64,000 nucleotides of DNA, taken from NCBI GenBank assembly GCA_023259135.1, contig JAHFQX010000004.1, positions 645 through 64,644 on the forward strand, read 5' to 3'. The position numbers were made by a program, and so were the translations under genes. Positions 40,040-49,056 of this stretch are shown piece by piece. Positions within the stretch are counted from its first letter, which is position 1. Each line of letters begins with the position of its first letter. This stretch comes from Betaproteobacteria bacterium (GTDB taxonomy: Bacteria; Pseudomonadota; Gammaproteobacteria; Burkholderiales; JAHFQX01). The notes under the pieces are model-generated. The model was given only the letters and a program-made list of their open reading frames with translations, was not told the origin of the DNA and made no database searches.

Positions 40040-41695
40040 CTACTGCCCCCCAAGCTCCCGGTAACGGTCGCAGGCGGTGGGCATTTCCAGTTGGCAGGCT
40101 GTTCGGAAGTCTTGCCGGGCCCCCGGCCGGTCTCCCAGCGCCAGCCGGCTGATGCCGCGGCCCAGGTAGCTCTTGCGGTTGTCGGGCAGTAGGCCCAGGG
40201 CCGCGTCGAACTCCGCCAAGGCTTCCGGATGCCGCCCCAGCTCCGCCAGCACCACCGCCCGGTTGTGATGAATGTGGCCGTCCTTGGAATTGATTTTAAA
40301 GGCCGCATCGTAGTCCGCCAGGGCCTCGTCGAAGCGGCGCAGGCGCTGGTATTCGACTCCCCGGTTGTAAAGGATGCGCTCGGTTCCCGGCGGGTTGGCG
40401 CGGCGCTGGGCCAGAATCGCGGCGTCGTCCCAGAGCAGCAGCGGATGGGAGAAGGTCCGCAGCCGGTCCGCCGCCGCCAGGGCCAGCAGCGCCGCCGCGA
40501 TGCCGACCACCCAGCGGCTACGGACGGCCCCCAACGGGGCCAGGATCCAGGGCAACGCGGCCAGCGCTCCGCCCATCCACAGATAACCGCGATACAGCAC
40601 GAAGGGTTCCTGAATCCTGACGGCGGCCAGCTCGGTGGCGAACAGCAGCCAAGGGAACAGCAGGGCGAAACCCAGCAGCCGGAGTTTCTCGGTGCGCAGC
40701 AGCAGCCCCATCGCCGTTACGCCGAACGCGACGAAGCCCGCCAGCCCCGCCACATAAGGCCAAGCCAGCAGGCTGGGAGCGAGGGGCTCCCGCATGTCCA
40801 CCGACATCCAGTAGGGATAGGGAAACATCCACAGCCCGAGATACTTGAAGAACAAGGTGGCCTGGGTGGCGATGCTGGCGGCATAGGGGTTTCCGGAAGG
40901 AGCGCCCGGCATGGCCTCCAGCATACCTTGGGCGAAGGGTTCGTAGGATGCGCCCAACAGGCCCTTGATTTTGAGCACCATGAATCCGGCGATGATGCCG
41001 TAAGCAAGGAATGCTCCCCAAGGGATGCGCCGCGCCGCGCCGGCGGGCAGCAAGGCGGTCAGAGCCAAGGCTACGGCGGGAACCATGATGGCGTGCTCTT
41101 TGGAGAACAGCGCGAAAAAATACCCGGCCACGGCGGCGGCGAACCATTTTGTTTTGCCGGTAGTCAGTCCCCGCCAGTGGAACAGCAAGGTCAGCCAGGC
41201 TCCCAAGGTGGCCATGACGGTGCTGCGCTGGGTCAGATAGGCCACCGCGTAGACCGAAACCGGATGCAGCAGGAACAGCAAGGCGCAGCAAAAAGCCCAA
41301 GCGTCGGGGGACAGCGTCGAATCGGAGCGGAATCCGAAGGAGGGAAGCGGCGCCGCGGCGAACAATTGCCGCAGCAGGGCGAATAAAGCGATTCCCACCC
41401 CGCCGTGCAGCAGCAGATTCCCCAGCCGGAACCAGATGAGGTCCTGGCCCAGCCCGTTCCAGGTCCAGCCGAAGCTGGCATAGGCAAACCAGCGCCGGCC
41501 GAAATCGAACAGCGCGCCGGCGGCCGCCGGGGCCTTGCCGTCGAAGAAATACATGTCGTCGAAGACCAGCGGGCTCCATAGAAAAGGCCCATAGAGCAAG
41601 GCCGCGGCCAGCAGAAGCAGTCCCGCCCAGCGGAAAAAGGGGCGGCGTGACGGGCCGGAAGCGGGCAGCGGTGTTGCGGCGGGTTGGAAGGGCAT
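40040..41695 (-). CDS. TMTC-like polytopic membrane glycosyltransferase (GT-C) with C-terminal TPRs
   Basis: PLVFDD first-loop acidic pair, FRLGNLLLH, LFLLHPVSVYAVAYLTQRS, SKEHA, YRGYL, TPR tail. Confidence 0.75.
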   Translation of the reverse strand: MPFQPAATPLPASGPSRRPFFRWAGLLLLAAALLYGPFLWSPLVFDDMYFFDGKAPAAAGALFDFGRRWFAYASFGWTWNGLGQDLIWFRLGNLLLHGGVGIALFALLRQLFAAAPLPSFGFRSDSTLSPDAWAFCCALLFLLHPVSVYAVAYLTQRSTVMATLGAWLTLLFHWRGLTTGKTKWFAAAVAGYFFALFSKEHAIMVPAVALALTALLPAGAARRIPWGAFLAYGIIAGFMVLKIKGLLGASYEPFAQGMLEAMPGAPSGNPYAASIATQATLFFKYLGLWMFPYPYWMSVDMREPLAPSLLAWPYVAGLAGFVAFGVTAMGLLLRTEKLRLLGFALLFPWLLFATELAAVRIQEPFVLYRGYLWMGGALAALPWILAPLGAVRSRWVVGIAAALLALAAADRLRTFSHPLLLWDDAAILAQRRANPPGTERILYNRGVEYQRLRRFDEALADYDAAFKINSKDGHIHHNRAVVLAELGRHPEALAEFDAALGLLPDNRKSYLGRGISRLALGDRPGARQDFRTACQLEMPTACDRYRELGGQ

Positions 41696-41754
41696 GGGAG
41701 GATCTCTAAAAATTCTCCGCTTTTACGGGCGCGAACGGTGTCTTGGTATTCAAG

Positions 41755-42060
41755 CTACTGTTTCTGGGCCAATCGCAGCACCAGTTCCCGGGTGCGGGTT
41801 TCCACGAACGCTTCCGTGTAACCCCGCTCCTTCAAGCCCCATTTGAAGGCGTTGCCCAGCCGAGCCTTGCCTAGCAGGCCGAGCCGGCGTTCGCGCCGGA
41901 ACTTGGCGGCCCGCAGATAGGTTTCCTCCAGGGCGGCGGCGAGCCGCTTGGATTGCCGCGCCTGGCCGTCGGGGGGCGGGCAGCGCTTGGCCAGATCGGC
42001 CACCAACACTTGGGCGAATGCCTCGATGTCCTGGCGGAAAAGCTTGGCGAAAATGTTCAT
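41755..42060 (-). CDS. Hypothetical 101-aa basic protein, pilin-associated
   Basis: Clean ORF filling the gap between pilA and the TMTC-like gene; no recognised domain. Confidence 0.7.
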   Translation of the reverse strand: MNIFAKLFRQDIEAFAQVLVADLAKRCPPPDGQARQSKRLAAALEETYLRAAKFRRERRLGLLGKARLGNAFKWGLKERGYTEAFVETRTRELVLRLAQKQ

Positions 42061-42137
42061 GGCCGCTACGCAAAAGAACCGATCATAGCAATTTTCCCGG
42101 TCTCGGCGGGCAGGCCGGAGCTGTGAAACCCGCCCAT

Positions 42138-42162
42138 AAAAAACCCCTCCGAAGAGGGGCTC
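42138..42162 (-). terminator. Rho-independent terminator after pilA
   Basis: Minus strand GAGCCCCTC-TTCG-GAGGGG-TTTTTT, about 20 nt past the pilA stop. Confidence 0.85.
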
Positions 42163-42180
42163 TGCGAGGCATGGGGCTAT

Positions 42181-42609
42181 TTAGCACTTGATGCCGCGAG
42201 AGGCATCGCATGCGCTGCCGGTCAGGGACCAAGCGATGGCCGGGGTGCCCAGGGTGGGGGTCATGGTCAGGGCCATGTTGGTGCCGGCGGCGGTGGTGGC
42301 TTCCAGGGTGGGGGCGGAAATCACTCCGTCGGTCACCGTGACGCCGCCAGTGATGTATTTGATGCTGCCCGCCGCGGAAGAAGCCGGCACGCCGTTGGAG
42401 CCGTTGGTGCAGCCGGTCAGGGTTCCCAGTTCCTGGGCGCACATGGCCACCGCGGTCTTCAGGGATCCCAGGCCGGTCAGAGCGCCCGCCGCCTTGGTGC
42501 GCTGGGTGTAGTCCTGGTAAGCCGGGATGGCCACCGCCGCCAGAATGCCGATGATCGCCACTACGATCATCAATTCGATCAAGGTAAAGCCTTTTTGCAG
42601 TTGTTTCAT
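42181..42609 (-). CDS. pilA: Type IVa major pilin
   Basis: MKQLQKG|[27 protein letters not shown] class III signal; four Cys; own sigma54 promoter and terminator. Confidence 0.95.
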   Translation of the reverse strand: MKQLQKGFTLIELMIVVAIIGILAAVAIPAYQDYTQRTKAAGALTGLGSLKTAVAMCAQELGTLTGCTNGSNGVPASSAAGSIKYITGGVTVTDGVISAPTLEATTAAGTNMALTMTPTLGTPAIAWSLTGSACDASRGIKC

Positions 42610-42668
42610 GATGAAGCTCCCGTGAAAGTTGGAAAAGCATCCGGAAAGACCCGGACTGAGGCCGGCGC

Positions 42669-42684
42669 TGCAATTATTGTGCCA
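42669..42684 (-). promoter_or_regulatory. Sigma54 (RpoN) -24/-12 promoter of pilA
   Basis: Minus strand TGGCAC-AATAA-TTGCA, exact consensus, about 60 nt upstream of the pilA ATG. Confidence 0.9.
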
Positions 42685-42818
42685 TTACTGCCGAAGCTCC
42701 CGAGGGCCCGGCCGCTAAGGTCCCCCAGAAGGGGCAAGCCGGGCTACGCCGGAGGGGGTTGGCGGGCCCTGTGCGGCGTAGCCGCTTGCTGGGGGGATGG
42801 GCAAGAGATGGCATAAAG

Positions 42819-42833
42819 TGACGAACTGCGTCA
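42819..42833. promoter_or_regulatory. Candidate upstream activator (PilR-type) site
   Basis: Inverted repeat TGACG-N5-CGTCA about 135-150 nt upstream of the sigma54 site; function inferred from position only. Confidence 0.35.
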
Positions 42834-44885
42834 GTTTATGGTTTCCTGGACGGGAGTCGCGGTTCGTTCCGCCACCCAGCGTTCCAGTTCTTGGCGCAAG
42901 CGGGCAATGACCGGCTCCCACTGGCCCGGCGCCTCCTGGCGGAAAATCCGCAGGGTCGGATACCAGGGGCTGTCTTCCCGGTCCAGCAGCCAGCGCCAGC
43001 AGCCGTCGAAGCGGGACAGCATCCAGGTGGGCTTGCCCAGGGCTCCCGCCAGGTGGGCCATCGAGGTATCCACGGTGATGACGAGGTCCAGGTGGGCGGC
43101 CAGCGCCGCGGTATCGGCGAAATCCGTCACTTCGTCCATCCAATCGAGCATGGCGCGGGCCTCCGCAACCTCGGGCCGCTGTTGGGCCGGGGTGCCTTTT
43201 TGCAGGCTGACCCAGGAAATGCCGGGGATGGAAAAAAGCGGGACGAGCTGGTCCAGCCGCAGGCTGCGCCGGCGGTCCACCCGGTGGGCGTCCGGCAGGT
43301 TCTTGCGGGCTTCCCCGGCCCACACCAGCCCGACCCGCGGGCCCCCGGAGGGGGGCAAGCGCTTACCCCATTGGGCGGTCCGTTCCGGGGCCGGGAACAG
43401 ATACGGCACGGCGGCGGGAATAGTTTCCAGGGTGGTGCCCAGAACCAGGGGCAAGCTCAGCAGGGGGCACTGGAGGTCGAATTTCGGCAGCGGCTCCCCT
43501 TCCGCGAGTACCGCGGCCGGCCCTGGCACGGTGGCCAGCAGGCGCTTCAAGGGCGGCTGGCATTCCAGCAGAACCCGCCCGCCCTGCTTCGCCACCAAGG
43601 CGGCGTAGCGCACGAATTGCAGGGTGTCGCCAAATCCTTGCTCGGCCCAGAGCAGCAGGGTTTTTCCCTGCAAGGGGCCCCCGTCCCAGCGGGGCTCGCG
43701 GAACTCGCGGGGATAGACGCGCAGCCGCCGGGTTTCCTGCCAGCGGGCTTCGTATTCCGGCCACCCTTCCCGATAACGTCCTTGTAACAACAAGGCCGTG
43801 GCGTAGTTGAAGCGGGCCAGATGGAAATCCGGGTCCAGTTTCAAGGCCCGGCTGTAGCAGGCGATGGCTTCGTCTACCCGCCGCTGGGATTGAAAAGCGA
43901 TTCCCAGGTTATTGTGGGGGGCTGCATTATTAGGCTGGAGGGTGATCGCTTTTTGAAAGTATTCGATTGCGACGTGGTATTGACCTTCGTCCCAAAGCGC
44001 GCTTCCCAGGTTGTTATAAACGTCCCACATCTTCGGATTGAGGGCCAGGGCTTTCCGGTAATGGGCAATAGCGTCAGCCGAAGCGCCTTGGTCCCGCAAG
44101 GCGTTGCCCAGGTTGTTGTGGACGGCATCCAGTTCGGGGTTGCCTTGTAGCGCCAGGCGATAGCAGGCGATGGCGTCGGCCGTCTTGCCTTGATCCCGCA
44201 GGGCGTTGCCCAGATTGTTGTGGGCAGCGTAAAGGTCCGGCTTGATTTCCAGGGCCCGCCGGAAACAGGCCACCGCCTCGTCGAGCCTATCCAGTTCGGA
44301 AAGCACCAAGCCCAAATTATTGTGGGCCTCGAAAAGCCGGGGCTCCAGTTCGAGGGCCTGCCGGAAGCAGGCTTCGGCGGCGGCCCATTGACGCTGATCC
44401 ATGAGGATATCGCCCAGCCGGCGGTGGGCTGGGGCAAAATCGGGGGCGTGGATCAAGGCCCGCCGATAGCAAGCCGCGGCTTTTTCTTGCTCCCCTTGAT
44501 CGGCATGAAGATTTCCTAGATTGAAATAGGCTTGGTACAGATCGGGCTTGAGCGCCAGGGCGGCCTCGAAACACGCCTTGGCTTCATCGGGCCGTCCCAG
44601 GTCGACCAGCGCCAGCCCCAGATTGTTGTGGGCCCGATAAGCCGTCGGCTTGAGGGCCAGCGCCTTGCGGAAGCCGGCGGCCGCGGCTTCCAGTTGTCCC
44701 AGATCCTGTTGGGTGTCGGCGAGCCGGTACCAGGCTTCCCACCAGCCCGGAGCCCGGGCCACTGCCCGCCGGAAACGCCGGAGGGCTTCTTCCGGATTGG
44801 CGATCCGCTGCGCCCCCCCCTGCCGTATTTGCCAGCGGGCCGCCAGCTTGGCCATGCCGGGAATCTTTTCTAAAAAGCCGATCAT
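42831..44885 (-). CDS. Multi-TPR protein with C-terminal GT-B (GT9-like) glycosyltransferase domain
   Basis: About 10 TPRs (AHNNLG), GWPEYEARW, EQGFGDTLQFVRY, DLVITVDTSMAHLAGALGKP, DSPWYP. Confidence 0.85.
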   Translation of the reverse strand: MIGFLEKIPGMAKLAARWQIRQGGAQRIANPEEALRRFRRAVARAPGWWEAWYRLADTQQDLGQLEAAAAGFRKALALKPTAYRAHNNLGLALVDLGRPDEAKACFEAALALKPDLYQAYFNLGNLHADQGEQEKAAACYRRALIHAPDFAPAHRRLGDILMDQRQWAAAEACFRQALELEPRLFEAHNNLGLVLSELDRLDEAVACFRRALEIKPDLYAAHNNLGNALRDQGKTADAIACYRLALQGNPELDAVHNNLGNALRDQGASADAIAHYRKALALNPKMWDVYNNLGSALWDEGQYHVAIEYFQKAITLQPNNAAPHNNLGIAFQSQRRVDEAIACYSRALKLDPDFHLARFNYATALLLQGRYREGWPEYEARWQETRRLRVYPREFREPRWDGGPLQGKTLLLWAEQGFGDTLQFVRYAALVAKQGGRVLLECQPPLKRLLATVPGPAAVLAEGEPLPKFDLQCPLLSLPLVLGTTLETIPAAVPYLFPAPERTAQWGKRLPPSGGPRVGLVWAGEARKNLPDAHRVDRRRSLRLDQLVPLFSIPGISWVSLQKGTPAQQRPEVAEARAMLDWMDEVTDFADTAALAAHLDLVITVDTSMAHLAGALGKPTWMLSRFDGCWRWLLDREDSPWYPTLRIFRQEAPGQWEPVIARLRQELERWVAERTATPVQETIN

Positions 44886-46912
44886 CGGGTTTTTTCCCCG
44901 GTATTGGATTCATTCGTCAGCCATGAGCGGTAAAGATTTTCCAGGCCGCCGACGAACCGGGTCCCATCCAGCAAGGGGGAAGCTGCCAAGCGGGGGCGCA
45001 AGGCGCGGCGCCATTCCGCCAGGGTCGGGAGGTCGGCGGCGAGGGTCTGGCCGATCCGCGCGTAGCCGTCGGCATCCTCGGCGATCCAGGCTTCGAGACC
45101 GGCGGCGCGGAGGAGGGAGGCCCCCATCCGGGAAGCATGCCGCCGCCCCGGCCAGGTGATCACCGGCACCCCCATCCACAGGGCTTCGCAGGTGGTGGCG
45201 GCGCCGCCGTAGGGGTGGGTGTCCAGGGCGATGTCCACTTCCCGGTAGGCCGACAGGTGGGCGTGCCGGGTCGAGACCCAGGCCGACAAGCCGATCCGCT
45301 CCGGAGCGACGCCCTCGGCCTCGAACAAATCGAGGACGGCTTTCCGCAAGGCCGGATCCGCCAGGCTCTGAGCTTTCAGAATCAGGCGGGAGCGGGGCAC
45401 GCCCCGCAAAATCCTGGCCCACAGCCGCAGCAACTCCGGGTGGATCTTGGCGAAGTTGCCGAAGCAGCCGAAGCTCACGAAGCCTTGAGCCAGGGCCGGA
45501 CTGGGTCCCGGCTGCGGCGCGTCTGCCGCGGGCCGATAGCAGAAATAACTGCCGGGCAGCCGGGCCAGGGTTTCGGTGCCGAGACGATCCGCTTCGCCTG
45601 CCGGATCGGCGACGCCGTCGGTGATGCGGTAATCCATGTTGAAAAGCCCGGTGGTGTTGGGGTAACCCAGGTAGCTGGCCTGGATGGGCGCCGCCCGCCG
45701 AGCGAAAACCCGCAGCCGGTTGCCGGCGGTATGGCCCGCCAAATCCACCAGAATCCCCACTCCGTCCCGGCGGATGCGATCCCATAGCGCATCGTCGCTC
45801 ATCCCGGCGCAGGCCACCCATTGATGGCCGGTGCTCATCAAGCGCCGGCTGACGGCATCGGGGGCGCCGTGTACATCATAGCAATAGATCTCGAATTGGC
45901 GGCGGTCGTGATGCCGCAGAATGGGCTCGATGAAATAAGCGACGCTGTGCTCCCGAAAATCCGCCGAGACATAGCCTACCCGTACCGGGATTGCGGAGGC
46001 TGGGGGCGCGGCTTTGGATGGGGCAGTTTCTTGCTCCAGCCAAGCGCCAAATTCCCGATGGGCGGCGAAAATTTGCTCCTCGCTCCATCGAGGGGCGTAG
46101 TTGGCCGCCAGCAACCGGTTGCTGCGGGGCTCCGCCCAGTCGGGGCGCAGTGCCGCAGCCTGTTCGAAGGCGGCAATGGCCGCTTCCACCCGTCCTTGCG
46201 GGAGCAAGGCGTTGCCCAGGTTGTAGTGGAACACCGCGTTGTCGGGCCGGTGCGCCAGCAATTCCCGGTAGCAGGCTTCGGCCCCGCCATAGTTTCCCTG
46301 GGCGCCCAGCGCCATCCCCAGGTTGCTGCGGGCCTCCAGAAAGTCCGGTTGAATTTCCGCCGCCCGCCGGAAATGATGTTCGGCTTCGGCTAGGCGCTCG
46401 GCATCGTGGAGCAGATTGCCCAGCAAAAAATGCAGCCGGGAGTTTTGCGGGTCCTCTTGCAGGGCTTGCCGGTAAAGGGGCTCGGCCTCGTCGGCGCGCC
46501 CCAGGTCGGCCAGGGCCCGGGCCAGACCCTCCCGCGCCGGGGCGAGCGCCGGCTCCGCCTCCAGGGCTTGCCGGAAACAGGCCGCCGCTTCCTCAAGCCG
46601 GCCCTGAGCCCGCACTACGTTGCCCAGGTTGTAGTGGAGTGGGGCGATGGCCGGAGCCAGGGCCACCGCCCGGCGAAACGCCGCTTCCGCCTCCGCCGTC
46701 CGGCCCGCCGCCTGACAGGCCAAGCCCATGCCGTTGTGGGCCTCGAAGCCGCCGGGGAAAAGCGCCGCCGCTTCCCGGAAGCGGGCCTGGGCTTCGGCGT
46801 GCCGGCCGGCGCCGCGCAGCGCTTCCCCTGCGGCGCAGAGATTTTCATAGAGGGACGGGGGCGCCTGTTTGACCCCCAAGACTTCCCGGATGATTTTGAG
46901 CAATAAGCTCAT
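44882..46912 (-). CDS. TPR + GT41 glycosyltransferase (SPINDLY/OGT-like)
   Basis: Start MSLLLK overlaps upstream stop; RVGYVSADFREHSV, DLAGHT, YLGYPNTTG, DIALDTHPY, EALWMGVPV. Confidence 0.88.
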   Translation of the reverse strand: MSLLLKIIREVLGVKQAPPSLYENLCAAGEALRGAGRHAEAQARFREAAALFPGGFEAHNGMGLACQAAGRTAEAEAAFRRAVALAPAIAPLHYNLGNVVRAQGRLEEAAACFRQALEAEPALAPAREGLARALADLGRADEAEPLYRQALQEDPQNSRLHFLLGNLLHDAERLAEAEHHFRRAAEIQPDFLEARSNLGMALGAQGNYGGAEACYRELLAHRPDNAVFHYNLGNALLPQGRVEAAIAAFEQAAALRPDWAEPRSNRLLAANYAPRWSEEQIFAAHREFGAWLEQETAPSKAAPPASAIPVRVGYVSADFREHSVAYFIEPILRHHDRRQFEIYCYDVHGAPDAVSRRLMSTGHQWVACAGMSDDALWDRIRRDGVGILVDLAGHTAGNRLRVFARRAAPIQASYLGYPNTTGLFNMDYRITDGVADPAGEADRLGTETLARLPGSYFCYRPAADAPQPGPSPALAQGFVSFGCFGNFAKIHPELLRLWARILRGVPRSRLILKAQSLADPALRKAVLDLFEAEGVAPERIGLSAWVSTRHAHLSAYREVDIALDTHPYGGAATTCEALWMGVPVITWPGRRHASRMGASLLRAAGLEAWIAEDADGYARIGQTLAADLPTLAEWRRALRPRLAASPLLDGTRFVGGLENLYRSWLTNESNTGEKTR

Positions 46913-49026
46913 GGCAGCCGCGAGATCATGGCTTCCAGCTCGCGCCGCAAGGCCCGGGCGAAGCGGGGCCCGTCGCATAGCGGCGAAGCCGCCATGCGCT
47001 GGCGCAGGCCGGCCCGCAATTTTGCCAGCGCCGCTGGATCGGCGGCCCGTTGCGCCGCCCGTTCGACGTAATCGGCGGGATTCCGGGCGACCCATTCATG
47101 CAGTCCCAGGTTGGCGAGGGTGCTGAGGGAGTGGCGAGCGGGAAAAGTCTGCCCCGGCCAAGTCAGCACCGGAACGCCCATCCACAGAGCTTCCAGGGTG
47201 GTGGTGCTGCCGGTGAAGGGGAAGGGGTCCAGGGCGATGTCCACCGCCTCGTAACGCGCCAAATGGGCCGCGTGGGGGGAGCGGCCTTCGATGAGCAGCC
47301 GGTCTTCGCCGATGCCGTGCTGCCGGAACTGGTCCGTATAGCGCTGCCGGGTCGCGGAACATTCCAGCGCCGGGGTCTTGAGAAGCAGCCGGGAGCCCGA
47401 TACCCGATGGAGAACCTCGCTCCACACGGCGACCACCTGGGGAGTGATTTTGCTCAGGATGTTGAAGCTGCCGAAGGTGATGCAGCCCGTTGCCAGGCAA
47501 GGCGGCGGCGCCACAGCCGGGGCATAGGCGGGGGGATCGTAGCAGATGAAGGCGTCGGGCATGCGCACCAGCCGCTCCGCGTAGTCGGCACAGGCCGAGG
47601 CCGGGGTTTCGTGGTCGTCGGTAATCAGGTAATCCATCGCGTCTAGCCCGGTGGTGGCCATGTAGCCCGCCCAACTGATCTGAATGGGGGCGGGTTTGCG
47701 GGCGAAGGCCGGCAGCCGGTTGCGGGCATTGTGGCCGGTCAGATCGAACAGAATGTCCACCCGGTCTTCTCGGATCAACTCCGCCAGGGCCGCATCGTCC
47801 ATGCCCAGGACATTGCGCCAGGCGTCGGCGGCAGCCATGAAACGGCGGGTGAGATCGTCTTCCTCCCACTGATTGGCGTAGCAAATGATTTCGCACCAGG
47901 GCAGTCCCAGGGCTTCCTTGATGCGTCCCCGCAAGGAGGGTGCCGGACCGGCGCGGCGCAAGGCTTCCAGGGGGCGGATAACCAAGTGGCCCACCGGATG
48001 GGTGCGGAAATCTCCCGAAACGAAACCGATGCGCGGTCGGCGGCGACGGCGGTTGAGAAAGGGGGGCGGCGCGATATCCCCGCATTCCCCGTGGCGTTCG
48101 TTCCATTCCCGATGCTGGCGCAGCACCGTTGCCGGGGTGGTTTCCGGCAAGAACAAGGCCGAGTAGATCAGATTGCTGTGGGCCATGGAGAAATCCGGGC
48201 GCACGGCCAGGGCGTGACGGAAAGCCTCCAGAGCCTCGCCCATTCTGCCTTGGGTTTTGAGGGTGCTGCCGAGGTTGTTCCAGGCTTCCGCGTACTCGGG
48301 ACGCAATGCTATCGCCCGGCGGTAGCAAGCCGTCGCCGCTTCCAGCCGGTGGGTCTCGCGCAGGGCGTTGCCCAGGTTGTAGTGGGCCTCCGGATAGTTC
48401 TCGTCGAAGCCGATGGCGGCCCGGTAGCTTTGAATCGCGCGGGCATAATCGCCATCCTGCTGATGGGCGTGGCCCAAACTGTTGTGAGCCGCGGCCCAAT
48501 CGGGCCGTAGCCCCAGGCAGCGTTGCCAATGGGCGGCCGCCTCTTGCCAATCGCCGCCGTCGGCCAGCGTCAAGCCCAGGTTGTAATAGGCTTCGGCGAA
48601 ACTCGGGCGCAGCGCCACGGCGTCCCGGTAGCAAGCGATGGCTCCGTGGCTGTCGCCTTGTTCCCGCAGCAGGTTCCCAAGCTTGTAACGGGCATCCGCA
48701 TCCTCGGGAGCCGCGGCGATGAGCCGACGGTAGCAATTTTCCAAGGTTGGCGCGGGACCGGCCCGACTCAGGATCAGGGCGTAGTTGCTGAGCATGTCCG
48801 GAACTTCTCCGGACCCCGCCAAGGCTTGTTCCAGGAGTTGTCGGGCGGTGGCGAGGTCGCCCTGCTGATAAGCGATCACGCCCAGCATGTGCAGGGCATC
48901 GAAGCAATGCGGGTTTTGCGCCAGCGCTTCTCGATAGACGGCCGCGGCCTGTTCCAGTTGCCCGGCTTGGTGATACCGGGTGGCAATGACAAGAAGATTC
49001 TCGGTGGACGGAGGAGCGACGCTCAT
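46909..49026 (-). CDS. TPR + GT41 glycosyltransferase (SPINDLY/OGT-like), second copy
   Basis: TPRs; RIGFVSGDFRTHPVG, DLTGHN, WAGYMATTG, FGSFNILSKI, DIALDPFPF, EALWMGVPV. Confidence 0.88.
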   Translation of the reverse strand: MSVAPPSTENLLVIATRYHQAGQLEQAAAVYREALAQNPHCFDALHMLGVIAYQQGDLATARQLLEQALAGSGEVPDMLSNYALILSRAGPAPTLENCYRRLIAAAPEDADARYKLGNLLREQGDSHGAIACYRDAVALRPSFAEAYYNLGLTLADGGDWQEAAAHWQRCLGLRPDWAAAHNSLGHAHQQDGDYARAIQSYRAAIGFDENYPEAHYNLGNALRETHRLEAATACYRRAIALRPEYAEAWNNLGSTLKTQGRMGEALEAFRHALAVRPDFSMAHSNLIYSALFLPETTPATVLRQHREWNERHGECGDIAPPPFLNRRRRRPRIGFVSGDFRTHPVGHLVIRPLEALRRAGPAPSLRGRIKEALGLPWCEIICYANQWEEDDLTRRFMAAADAWRNVLGMDDAALAELIREDRVDILFDLTGHNARNRLPAFARKPAPIQISWAGYMATTGLDAMDYLITDDHETPASACADYAERLVRMPDAFICYDPPAYAPAVAPPPCLATGCITFGSFNILSKITPQVVAVWSEVLHRVSGSRLLLKTPALECSATRQRYTDQFRQHGIGEDRLLIEGRSPHAAHLARYEAVDIALDPFPFTGSTTTLEALWMGVPVLTWPGQTFPARHSLSTLANLGLHEWVARNPADYVERAAQRAADPAALAKLRAGLRQRMAASPLCDGPRFARALRRELEAMISRLP

Positions 49027-49056
49027 GGGCGTGGGGCTGCGGGGTAGCCACCGATG

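Noticed and set aside
44813-44820. G8 tract (coding strand) near the 5' end of the TPR-GT9 gene as a phase-variation switch
   Set aside because: Equal-length runs occur in coaE (17925-17932) and at 57854-57861, so eight is background for this GC-rich DNA; only read-level length variation would revive it
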